From a virus: DNA of 64,000 nucleotides. Below, one piece after another: positions 53,701-61,892 of this stretch. A program made the position numbers and the translations under genes. The stretch lies in the IMG/VR virus record IMGVR_UViG_3300046559_000446, positions 74,255-138,254 of that record; one strand, written 5' to 3'. How positions within the stretch are numbered: position 1 is the stretch's first letter; every line of letters starts with the position of its first letter. The notes beneath the pieces were generated by a model. It was not told the DNA's origin. It did no database searches and saw nothing but the letters and a program-made list of their open reading frames with translations.

Positions 53701-55396
53701 GACCACGCCGACGACACGCGAGGAAGCTACTGCTGGTCCGATCACGCAGCCTGGTCTTAGGCCGTCAGACGTCGCCGCGCTCGCTGACAAGCCGGCAAAT
53801 CTCGCGACCGCCACGGCTCCTGCTGCGGTTCAGGCTGAAGTCCCCGCAACTCACGAAGCGGGCCTGGTGCTTCCGCCCGAAGCCAGAGGCGCGCCGCCTC
53901 CAGGGGTGACCGACGCCCGCACGTTCCCGCTGTCGCCGGCGCCGCTTGGCGGCGATGTCGCGCAGCCTGCGGCTCCTGCCCCCGTTGTGAAGCCTGCGGC
54001 CCCTGCGGCTCCCGCAAGGGTGGCGCCGACGCCTGTGGCGCATCCCGCCGCCGGCGCTGGCGTTGCGCCTGCCGGCGCAGCGGCCAGGGCGCCGACCGAC
54101 GCCAACGGCAATCCCATCGAGCAGTTCTTTGGGGGCCTCGGTCGCGGTGTGGGCGATTTCTTCCACGGCGTCGGCAACATCTTCACCGGCGGCGCCCAGC
54201 AAGTCGGCAACGTCGTCAACAGCGCGGGCCAGACGGTCAACAGGGCCGGCCAGGCTGTCGGTAGCGCGGTCAGCAATACAGCCCAGGCTTTCGGCAATGA
54301 GATTGGCGGGCGCTACAACGAACTGATGAACGGTTCGCCAAAGATGATGTCGCCTGGTGGAAGATTTAACGCCCAAGGCGTCGATCCGCGCCTGCTCAAT
54401 AACATCACGGAAGCTACGAGAGGTCTGCCACAAGGTTGGCATGCGCAACTCGAATCCGGCTTCCGCAATAACGATCCGCGCCAGCACGGCAAGGGCGCGG
54501 CGGTCGATGTCGCGCTCTACAACGAGAAGGGCGAGAGGCTTGCTAATTACCAAGACCCGACCACCTTCCGCGCCTACGAGAAATTTGCACAGGATTTCAG
54601 GGCGGCGCAGCAGCACAACAATCCCGAACTGGACAAGGCTACGCGCTGGGGCGGCTACTTCAGCGGCAAGGCGGTCCAGCCTGGTCAAAAATACGATGCC
54701 GAGCATCCCTACGGCGCCGTCGATCTGATGCACTTCGACCTCGGCGGGCGGGAAGGCCTCGGCATGCTTGGCGGCTCGTGGGAAGGCGGCATGACAGCGA
54801 AGCAGCATGCGCTGTTTCCCGGCGCCACGTCTGTCGGCATGGGTCAGCGCCCGTCTGGCGGATATCCGACGGCAGTCGCTACCGGCGCCGATGGCTCCAG
54901 GACCAGCGCGACGGGGCAGATCCAGCCGGGCTATCACAATGGCGTTCAGGGCATCCTCTCGCAGGAGGAATCCTTCCGCGACAAGCCGTACTGGGACAAA
55001 TCTGCCGGCGGTGGGGGCGCGTGGGCTATTGGCTACGGCACTCACCAGATCGCGGGCGCCGACGGCAAGATGCGCCCCGTGCAGCAGGGCGATACCATCA
55101 CGCCACAAGGCGCCGCGCAGAATATGGTGCAGCGTCTGCAAACGGAGTTTCTGCCGAGAGCGGTGCAGAAAGTCGGGGGCCTCGATACCTGGCGCGCTCT
55201 GCCGCGCAATGTCCGCGACGGCCTCGGCTCGACCATTTGGAACTACGGCAACCTGCCTGATCGGGTCGCTTTCGTGATCCGGAATGGCGGCGGTCCCAAC
55301 GAGATTGCGAACGCGGTGTTGCAACTCGGCGGCAGGACGGAGGCGGCCCGCGAGCGCCGCGCGCGTGAAGCGGCGCACATTCGTGGTGGAGGTTGA
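50789..55396 (+). CDS. Large ejection (internal virion) protein with S74-like, peptidase M15-like and GH24 lysozyme-like domains
   Basis: Gln-rich N-terminus; SDRKLKENI...GFMADEV; SGFR...HGKGAAVD...WGG...HFDL; EESFR.KPYWD...AIGYG. Confidence 0.8.
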   Translation: MGGKTQQASSQVTIPPEVLARYNAVNANAQQVAQTPFQQYSSDPNAFVAPMTTAQNMGLQQTANYANAAQPGLQTAMGMTQGAMGSANPWDLNSDQINKYMNPYTQNVTNQMGALMNQQAQTAQSGQLGNAIKTGAFGGDRSGIVAANLQQQNALAYGNAMAPVLQQGYNTALQTATGQQALDLQAQQANLARQMQGAGQYGQLAGAQQQAGLAGAQAMMGAGQVQQQTQQAGLTSLYNQFQQQQSYPFQTAQFMANIAEGTGSLSGQTTNSTQQAPFFSDRKLKENIKRIGTAKNGLPIHSFNYKDDPEKLTRLGFMADEVEKKHPEAVGLAGGYKTVDHEKAMKSAGGSVTDFDQGRAYDRGGFDLGGAASTYDPSWQSVAQRHMAGLQGQQQGSGSTLYGGKSRHVPTTSGARYSLPNAPGMPAAKPSGLNQAVGTAQATVGLGQSLGDAYNKYTGKDQPAATTTAPAAGGAPATPAAPVVANKAPGTPDQPDVTYLRRGGLATGGSEPVVIAAAPPAAVASSQGLAAPGVADVVTPTAQYQEGLGKAQDAQVRANDIQQADRDAAAKAGMSFKPDWDNGFLAQADLARSMGVYGSLNGYHDPTHGGSYLGFADGGAASTDEYKAPDPNATQDTTKQNIPDVHSTYKLPDPPKPPGGSGKSGAGQALGAAKSLMGLASLIPGVGAVTAPLGAVMGAGEALAGASGGLMVAGRRRKRKGLAAGGQGEGVDYMSEGAQGRTYDDPEQQTALNLDRIKDLEGENSQTGLGGKGNSVDNMSEANQGRMAPNDTEAQDAWRLEHIPREDLHKEVPPERLAKLFPPTQETPPPGVLGPWSSQSASASVPNSGERLLNTQPTTRDAQTGAAPVEGSGFDKPLNLGSGQLYQRPPDVPATPEQAAAANALRRSPEAAALAGAEEARQGKAADAVAREKDYQARHAQSWTDSLTGVKPDLAPETPEEEKARFARYDSTTPTTREEATAGPITQPGLRPSDVAALADKPANLATATAPAAVQAEVPATHEAGLVLPPEARGAPPPGVTDARTFPLSPAPLGGDVAQPAAPAPVVKPAAPAAPARVAPTPVAHPAAGAGVAPAGAAARAPTDANGNPIEQFFGGLGRGVGDFFHGVGNIFTGGAQQVGNVVNSAGQTVNRAGQAVGSAVSNTAQAFGNEIGGRYNELMNGSPKMMSPGGRFNAQGVDPRLLNNITEATRGLPQGWHAQLESGFRNNDPRQHGKGAAVDVALYNEKGERLANYQDPTTFRAYEKFAQDFRAAQQHNNPELDKATRWGGYFSGKAVQPGQKYDAEHPYGAVDLMHFDLGGREGLGMLGGSWEGGMTAKQHALFPGATSVGMGQRPSGGYPTAVATGADGSRTSATGQIQPGYHNGVQGILSQEESFRDKPYWDKSAGGGGAWAIGYGTHQIAGADGKMRPVQQGDTITPQGAAQNMVQRLQTEFLPRAVQKVGGLDTWRALPRNVRDGLGSTIWNYGNLPDRVAFVIRNGGGPNEIANAVLQLGGRTEAARERRAREAAHIRGGG

Positions 55397-55398
55397 CA

Positions 55399-57003
55399 AT
55401 GGCTGACCCAACGACTGACGACGTCATGCTGGGCACTAATGCCGGCGCTCCTGCACCCGTGGCGCCGGCTAAGATCGATTCAGATCCTGTCGTCGCCAAG
55501 GCCTTGCCCGTGGCCAGGGACGCAGTGTCGCCGCCCTTGCTCGCGCGCAAGCCTGCTGATGCGGCGCCTGCGGACGATAAGGGCGGTGGCCAGAAGGGCG
55601 GCGATTGGTTCGGGCAGAACCGAAGCTGGCTGATCCCGCTGTTGAGCGGCGTTGGCGGCATGGCCTCTTCGAACAGTCCCTACCTCGGCACCGCCCTTCT
55701 GCAAGGACTGGGCAAGGGCGCGGAGGCTTATGCCGGCGAACAGCAGGCGGAAGGCAACCTGGAGCACACCCAGGCCGGCAATCGCGGCATGAACATCGAA
55801 AACCAGCAGCGGGCTGTGGATCTCGGAAAGAGCGGCATTTGGACAGACAATGCCGGCTTTGATCGGGTCACCACGGCAGATGGCCGTTCCATGCTTTTTG
55901 CTACGTGGCTTCAGAAGGACAAAGCAGGAGAACATATCCCGCTTGTTGGCGAAGACGCGGTGCGCAGTTCACGGAAATACCTGGGCGAAACCAAGACGCC
56001 TGACGTATATGGCGGCGGCGCGAAAATCGCTGGCGCTCCTGATGCGCCGGTCGCCCCCAGCGCGCCGGTCGCCCCCAACGCGCCTGGCCCAGCAGGCGGC
56101 GCTGATAACGCCGGCGCTCCTGGCCCAGCAGGCGGCACTGACGGTGGCGGCGGCAGTTTTCTTCCCACAGCCAAGCCCCTTCCGCCGAAGACGGAAGAGG
56201 AAGCCGCGACAGCCGTTGGCGACAAGGGCCGCGCGATCATGGCCGATGCGCAAGATCGCTACATGAGCAACACCAAGGACTACAATACTGCAAAAGCAGG
56301 GTCGCAAAAACTTGCCGATCAGGTGTCCGCAGAAGCGGATTTCGCCAAGGGCCAGCGCAGCAATGTGTACGCCCTGGGCGATAAGCTTCTTTCGCTGCCC
56401 GAAGAAGGCTTTTTGAAGCCTGACATTGCGGGCGATGTGACCAACAGGGTTGGAAATTACTGGAACGCGGCGATGGACCGTTTCAGCAAATTGTATCCTG
56501 ATTTGGCGCAATACAAATTTGATGAGCATGACTTGGGGACTAAAATAGCGGCTGATAAATACTCGAAAGGGCTGGCGTTTCTCCAGGCCCATGGCATGGG
56601 TCAGCAGTCTCTCGGCGGTCTTCAGGAGGCTATCGGCATTGTCCCCAGCGGCGGCATGACCAGAGACGCTGCAATTCAAGTGCTCTCAGGAATGGCCAAG
56701 GGCCAGCAGCGAGCCATCGACCGCGATGCCTACCTCAATGATTGGGAGAAGACGTCGCAGCATGATAATGCGGGGATGCCACGTTGGACCGCTAAAGACG
56801 CCATGCGCGCTTTCGAGGCCGAGCACGGAGATCGCTACGGCAAAGAGGGTGCGGCGTTTGAAAAAGTGCTCCGCATAAAGCACAACACCACGAAGAAGAG
56901 CATGTTCTCCGACATTTACAGTGGCGCGACGCCTGCGTCGGAAGCGGACAAGGCGACAGGCATCAAGGCCATGTCTCGTTGGTTCAAAAACTATTCGGGG
57001 TAA
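55399..57003 (+). CDS. Ejection (internal virion) protein
   Basis: GGAGG RBS; glycine-zipper-like LLSGVGGMASS...LLQGLGKG; helical C-terminus. Confidence 0.7.
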   Translation: MADPTTDDVMLGTNAGAPAPVAPAKIDSDPVVAKALPVARDAVSPPLLARKPADAAPADDKGGGQKGGDWFGQNRSWLIPLLSGVGGMASSNSPYLGTALLQGLGKGAEAYAGEQQAEGNLEHTQAGNRGMNIENQQRAVDLGKSGIWTDNAGFDRVTTADGRSMLFATWLQKDKAGEHIPLVGEDAVRSSRKYLGETKTPDVYGGGAKIAGAPDAPVAPSAPVAPNAPGPAGGADNAGAPGPAGGTDGGGGSFLPTAKPLPPKTEEEAATAVGDKGRAIMADAQDRYMSNTKDYNTAKAGSQKLADQVSAEADFAKGQRSNVYALGDKLLSLPEEGFLKPDIAGDVTNRVGNYWNAAMDRFSKLYPDLAQYKFDEHDLGTKIAADKYSKGLAFLQAHGMGQQSLGGLQEAIGIVPSGGMTRDAAIQVLSGMAKGQQRAIDRDAYLNDWEKTSQHDNAGMPRWTAKDAMRAFEAEHGDRYGKEGAAFEKVLRIKHNTTKKSMFSDIYSGATPASEADKATGIKAMSRWFKNYSG

Positions 57004-57009
57004 AACACC

Positions 57010-59118
57010 ATGGCGCAGGCGTCAGAATACAGCATCGATCCTGTGGCGCCGGCTCCCGTTGACGCTCCTGCGAATGTGACTGCGACTGCTCCGAAACCTG
57101 GCGGCAACACTGCCGCTGACTACGGCGACGATCCTGTCGATTCCTCGAAATCGGGCGCGAATGCAAAGGTTGCGACGCCCCAGCCGCCGCCCGATTACGC
57201 CAATATGTCTGGTTGGGATGTCGCCAAAGGCACCGCCAAAGCTCTTATTCCGTCAGCAGCCGCGAAAGTGGGCGACGTAGTTTCAGGCTTGGGCAGCGCG
57301 GCCAAGCATGTCTATGACACGCATGAGCTTCCCGGCAAAGATCTGGTTCAAGGCGCCGATGCATGGGTTAACAGGAAGCTTTCGGACTATGCTCCCGAAA
57401 CCATGAAGATGGTCAATAAGGCGATAGGCTACACGCCGCCTTCAGACGCGGAGTACGAGGCGAAGGTGAAGCCGGCGACCGAAGCCGCTTCTGCTGCTTA
57501 CCACAGCACCGTGGACCCCTTCACATCGTGGCCTAAGTTTGCTGAAAAGATGACCACAGATCCTATAGATCCGCTGCTCAACGCCGCCAGCGTGGCGATG
57601 CCGGTTCTGCGCGTGGCCAGAACTGGAGCCGAAATGGCTGGCCTAGCCAAGGGCGCTGGAGCCGCCGCCGATCTCACCAAGGTGACGACCCCCGGCGAGC
57701 TAGGCCAGGCTGTCCACGGCGCCGCGTCTGAGGCGCTCGCCGCGAAAGATCTCGCTTATAAGAAAGCTTTCAGCCACACCGCTACGTTTGATCCTGCTGC
57801 GGCTCAACCCATCATGAGCGAAGTGCAGGCCAACCTTGCGAAGACGCCGAACTTCCCAGGCTTGAACCGTTTCGACAAGAACCCGCACCTCGCGGACGCC
57901 AAGGCGGCGTATGACCACCTGGACAACAGTCTCAAGACCATAGATCCGAATGACTTCACCATGCCGAATATGGAGAACATCCGGCGTGACCTCCAGCAGA
58001 AGGCGATGGAGACAGAGAGCGGCCCCGCTCGATACATGATCGGCCAGATGATCGACGGGATCGACAGCGGCATCAGCAAGGTGGCGACGAAGCCGGGAAT
58101 GTACGCGGGCGACGGCGCTGCGGTGGCGAGCGATATGGCCAACGCCCGTAAGCTGAACGTCGATTGGATCAAGCAATTCGGCAATGAAGCGCCATCGAGC
58201 TTCAAGCCCACGATGAACACGCTCCCGAAAGACTTGGCGACGGCTGATGACAGCCATTTCCACGCCGCCGGCACGGGCCTCGGCAATGCGCTGATGAACG
58301 AGGGCAAGGGCGGCGTTCTCTACAATCACCTCAAGCAATTTGTGCCGAAGGAAACGCTCGACAATTACCTGCGTCAGCCGATGCTGGCGGGCGATTCGGC
58401 AACCGTGATGAAGCGGCTGAACACGCCCATCGCGCAAAACGTCTTTGGCTCCGATCTCGACAGGGCCAAGCGGCTGGCCGCTTCGCAGGACACCAAGACG
58501 CTCATGGGCAAGGTGGCCCCGGTCGCTAAGTGGGGATTGGAGGCAGCGGCGCCTTTCGTTGGCCACGCGCTGCTTCCGGGTGGCGGCGGCGCCTTGGCTG
58601 GAGCAGCAGTGAGTGCTGCCGGGGAGCTTGCGAGCAGGAAGTTTTTCCCGCACGGCGTCGGCAACAGAGCGCCGCTCTTTGAGCGTTACGCGGGCAAGCC
58701 GGCGCCTGCGGTGGCCCTGCCAGATAAAGGGTTGCGCGCTGCGCTCCCGCTGGTGAGGCCAAGCAGTTACACGCAATTCCTCAAGCCTTCGACCTACAAG
58801 GGCGGGAGGCTTCCCGTTGCAGCCATCGCCGGCCATCGCCCGCCTGTCGGCGCCACCGCCACGGCGCCAGGAGAACCGACCGCAGACACGGCGCCGAGCG
58901 TCAATCCGCTGGCGGGGATGTCCTATGGCTACGACCCCACCGGGCAAAACCGATACGCCAGCGGCGGCGCTGTGAAAGGCCACCAGCATCTGGTAGATCG
59001 GCTATTCGCCGCGCATGAGCGCGCCAAGCGCGAGGAAAAGGCGCATACTGCGGGCATCCTGCACCAGCCTGACGAGGCGGTCGCAAAAGCCCTTCATGTC
59101 GCGCAGGCGGCTATCTGA
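57010..59118 (+). CDS. Ejection (internal virion) protein
   Basis: Ala-rich helical 702 aa; Gly-rich hydrophobic hairpin; C-terminal YASGGAV. Confidence 0.7.
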   Translation: MAQASEYSIDPVAPAPVDAPANVTATAPKPGGNTAADYGDDPVDSSKSGANAKVATPQPPPDYANMSGWDVAKGTAKALIPSAAAKVGDVVSGLGSAAKHVYDTHELPGKDLVQGADAWVNRKLSDYAPETMKMVNKAIGYTPPSDAEYEAKVKPATEAASAAYHSTVDPFTSWPKFAEKMTTDPIDPLLNAASVAMPVLRVARTGAEMAGLAKGAGAAADLTKVTTPGELGQAVHGAASEALAAKDLAYKKAFSHTATFDPAAAQPIMSEVQANLAKTPNFPGLNRFDKNPHLADAKAAYDHLDNSLKTIDPNDFTMPNMENIRRDLQQKAMETESGPARYMIGQMIDGIDSGISKVATKPGMYAGDGAAVASDMANARKLNVDWIKQFGNEAPSSFKPTMNTLPKDLATADDSHFHAAGTGLGNALMNEGKGGVLYNHLKQFVPKETLDNYLRQPMLAGDSATVMKRLNTPIAQNVFGSDLDRAKRLAASQDTKTLMGKVAPVAKWGLEAAAPFVGHALLPGGGGALAGAAVSAAGELASRKFFPHGVGNRAPLFERYAGKPAPAVALPDKGLRAALPLVRPSSYTQFLKPSTYKGGRLPVAAIAGHRPPVGATATAPGEPTADTAPSVNPLAGMSYGYDPTGQNRYASGGAVKGHQHLVDRLFAAHERAKREEKAHTAGILHQPDEAVAKALHVAQAAI

Positions 59119-59128
59119 GGATCTGGCC

Positions 59129-60154
59129 ATGACTGAATTTACACCAGGCAAAGGCCTTAACGTACCGGCTGCAGGGACGCCGAACTGGGACGTGCCGGTG
59201 AACACCGACTGGCGCTCCATCGATCAGGCCATTGCGGGAGTGCAATACGTTAATGCCGCTGGCTTCACCGGCAACGTCAACCTGTCCAATGCATATCCAA
59301 CTGGTTCATCCGATCCCGCCACTACGCTGTCCTGCTTGCCCTCCACGATTGTCATTTACGGAGCTATTGCAGGGGCGGTCAATCTGGTGTTTCCAGACGG
59401 CCTTGTGGGCCACTGGATCATCAGAAACGCAACCGGCGGGAATTTTGCAGTAAACGTCGTCACGTCTACCGGTACATATAACTATATGTCTGTTCCGCAG
59501 GGTGTCTTATCTCACGTCCATAGCGACGGCCACACTTTTTATTTTGTCGGCGCGAGCGGCACCACGTCGCAGCTTGCGATGATTGGTGAGATCAAAGCCT
59601 GGTCTGGCGGCTGGGTGCCGACGCAGTGGATGGCTTGCGATGGCCGCTGGCTCGACAGGTTTGCCAACGGAGGGCAGTACGGGCCGCTCTATAACGTTTT
59701 TGGCTTCGCCTATGGCGGCAACGGCTCCAATGCATTCGCCATTCCCGATTTGCGAGGGCGCGTGGTGGCGGGCGCAGACAACATGGGGACGCTAGGCAGC
59801 GCCAATCGCCTGAACGGGTGGGGGATGACGGCTGTCGGCGGCGTGGCGAATCTGGCCTTGACCACCGATCAGTTGCCGTCGCACACGCATTATGATTATG
59901 GCCACGGGCACAGCGTGGCCCAGAACCCGCATCACCACACTATCACCATTCCTGACAATAGCGTCGGGGGACAGCCAGGCGTGGGCTACAGCGGCCAAGG
60001 CTGGCCATGGGCTGGAAAACCGACGACCGACGAGACTGTCCCCTTGGGGATCTATGCCGGCTACGCCAGCCTCACGAACACCGGCAACGGCAACGCCTTC
60101 TCGATCCTGCAGCCGACGCTCGTCCTGCAATACATCATTTACACGGGCGTCTAG
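59129..60154 (+). CDS. Tail-collar domain fibre/baseplate protein
   Basis: IGEIKAW...P..WMACDG...Y..L...YGG.G...F.IPDLRGR. Confidence 0.8.
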   Translation: MTEFTPGKGLNVPAAGTPNWDVPVNTDWRSIDQAIAGVQYVNAAGFTGNVNLSNAYPTGSSDPATTLSCLPSTIVIYGAIAGAVNLVFPDGLVGHWIIRNATGGNFAVNVVTSTGTYNYMSVPQGVLSHVHSDGHTFYFVGASGTTSQLAMIGEIKAWSGGWVPTQWMACDGRWLDRFANGGQYGPLYNVFGFAYGGNGSNAFAIPDLRGRVVAGADNMGTLGSANRLNGWGMTAVGGVANLALTTDQLPSHTHYDYGHGHSVAQNPHHHTITIPDNSVGGQPGVGYSGQGWPWAGKPTTDETVPLGIYAGYASLTNTGNGNAFSILQPTLVLQYIIYTGV

Positions 60155-60567
60155 GCGGCTCTCGTCTGGTAACAAGCGATCATGTGCTTGGGGCAGTAGA
60201 TGGTCACGCCGGGTCTATCGACCGTCTCGCAGCAATAGGTGACGCCCGCCGGCGAGCGCGGATCTCCGAACGGATAACGGCAGGTGAAAGCCGTCAGGCC
60301 CATGATCGTCCGATCCTGGACAGGCGGCGCAATGGGCGCGGCGATTGTCTTCATCTTGGGCGTCCTCGGCGGTCTGGGTTTACGAGGCGCCAGAACGCTC
60401 GCGGCCCGACTGACGTCGAATCCGCGAGCGCGGAGCCTGGATATGACACCGATGATCGCGTTCTTGGTTTTACCCAATTTTTCGCCAGCCTCCGTTCCAC
60501 TGAAGCCGGCTTTCCACAGGGCCAGGATCGCGACTTCGTCGCTGTTCATTTCAGTTCGTTTGGTCAT
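60151..60567 (-). CDS. gcrA: GcrA-like cell-cycle regulator
   Basis: LWKAG.SG.E...LGKTKNAIIG..SRL N-domain; TCRYPFGDP...YC...YCPKH..ACYQ C-domain. Confidence 0.85.
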   Translation of the reverse strand: MTKRTEMNSDEVAILALWKAGFSGTEAGEKLGKTKNAIIGVISRLRARGFDVSRAASVLAPRKPRPPRTPKMKTIAAPIAPPVQDRTIMGLTAFTCRYPFGDPRSPAGVTYCCETVDRPGVTIYCPKHMIACYQTRAA

Positions 60568-60778
60568 CTGCCTTTTTCTCGTATCTCACGCCGCAGAACG
60601 GGCAGTATGTCGGAACGATGAGCGGCATCTTGCTGCGCATGCTGGTGATGATTTTTTCGCTCGCGATCAGCGTGGGGATCACGATCAGATGACCATCGAT
60701 AACACGAAAGGCGGTCGTCAGCCTGGCGTTGTTGTCGGCAATCATCTTGTTCATGTCGTCGGCGCAATTGCAGGTCAC
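60551..60778 (-). CDS. Small zinc-binding protein (GTG start)
   Basis: GGAG RBS; CNC...YCPFCG.Y. Confidence 0.65.
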   Translation of the reverse strand: MTCNCADDMNKMIADNNARLTTAFRVIDGHLIVIPTLIASEKIITSMRSKMPLIVPTYCPFCGVRYEKKADDQTN

Positions 60779-60936
60779 GGCGTTCTCCACGTCGCGAGGG
60801 GTTTCGGGTTGAAAAGCATCGAGGCCTCCACCGTGGCGTTGTGACGGGCCTTGACGCGATGCAGGACATAGGGTGCGGCGAGCGTCGAGGCGCTCCACAT
60901 TGCTACAGCCAAGCTTAAGCTTAATTTCTTCACCAT
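60775..60936 (-). CDS. Small hypothetical protein, possibly secreted
   Basis: MVKKLSLSLAVAMWSASTLA leader; coupled stops and starts. Confidence 0.35.
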   Translation of the reverse strand: MVKKLSLSLAVAMWSASTLAAPYVLHRVKARHNATVEASMLFNPKPLATWRTP

Positions 60937-61013
60937 AGCGCCACCAGCATCGCAAAGGCGCACACCCCTGATACGGCGCCGATCACATACCCTTTCCAAA
61001 AGTCACCGCTCAT
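60930..61013 (-). CDS. Single-TM peptide (27 aa)
   Basis: Hand translation MSGDFWKGYVIGAVSGVCAFAMLVALW; GGAG upstream. Confidence 0.45.
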   Translation of the reverse strand: MSGDFWKGYVIGAVSGVCAFAMLVALW

Positions 61014-61383
61014 CTTGATCTCCCAAATTGTCGATGTTGAATACGGCGTTGTCGATTTTCCTGTCGAGGATCGCCAGAATCTCCGCGTATTCCTGCTGGA
61101 GCGCGAGGCGCAGCGCCCGATAGGCGTCCGCTTTGCTGGCGTACCAGGGACCGCCGGTGCCCTGGGCGTCGGTCCTGTCGGTCCTGCTGTAGCTGTGGGC
61201 GCCGGCCCTAAAGCAGCCTTGGTTGACTTTTCGGCTGTATGCGTCGAAGTTCCAGCCGGTCTGATTTAGATCGCTGGGGACCAGCCTGTGCAGGACGAAA
61301 TCGCGAAAGCGCATGGCGCGCGCTTCGTCCAATTGTTTGACGATGAGGTCGAACGCCGCTTTTTCGGCCTTGGTCATGGCCAT
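61003..61383 (-). CDS. Hypothetical protein
   Basis: 126 aa, TGATG coupling. Confidence 0.7.
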   Translation of the reverse strand: MAMTKAEKAAFDLIVKQLDEARAMRFRDFVLHRLVPSDLNQTGWNFDAYSRKVNQGCFRAGAHSYSRTDRTDAQGTGGPWYASKADAYRALRLALQQEYAEILAILDRKIDNAVFNIDNLGDQDER

Positions 61384-61841
61384 CAGCGCAGCCTCGCTCT
61401 GAACCCCAGCTTTTTGCTGGTGGCGTTGAACTTATCGACGGTCGCCCGCTTCAAATCGATGCCGGCTTTGATGGCGATCAGCGAAACGTAGACTTCCACG
61501 TCAGCCAATTCTGTCGCCAGATCGGCAACGGTGGCGCGCGAGCCATCGAGGCCCAGGCGTTCGCGCTCCAGCTTTTTGATCACGTTGCAGGCTTCGCCCA
61601 TTTCGCCGGCGGCGGCGTTGCCGTAATAGGACAGATCGAGCTTGTCGCTGTTCGTCCACTCAAGCTGGCGGGCGATGTTGGCCTCTTCCAGCGTGTCATA
61701 ATAGATGACAGGCTGGGCCTTTCTGGGTATGGGCTGCACCTTTTCGAGCACCCCGGTAATCAAGTTGTGGGCGACTGTTTGATCCATGCAAGCTTTATGA
61801 GCAAGCAACACGCTCATGGCTTCGATTTCTTCAGGGGTCAT
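61383..61841 (-). CDS. mazG: MazG-like nucleotide pyrophosphohydrolase
   Basis: AAAGEMGEACNVIKK...ELADV..Y...A...GIDL..A...KFN. Confidence 0.85.
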   Translation of the reverse strand: MTPEEIEAMSVLLAHKACMDQTVAHNLITGVLEKVQPIPRKAQPVIYYDTLEEANIARQLEWTNSDKLDLSYYGNAAAGEMGEACNVIKKLERERLGLDGSRATVADLATELADVEVYVSLIAIKAGIDLKRATVDKFNATSKKLGFRARLR

Positions 61842-61892
61842 GCTTGGGTTCCTCGTTTTTTGAGCGGGGGCGGATCTAGCCGCCCCCTGGGG

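Noticed and set aside
61383-61841. 2-aminoadenine (Z-genome) pathway suggested by MazG plus PolA
   Set aside because: No PurZ or DatZ is seen in the window. MazG alone is not evidence.
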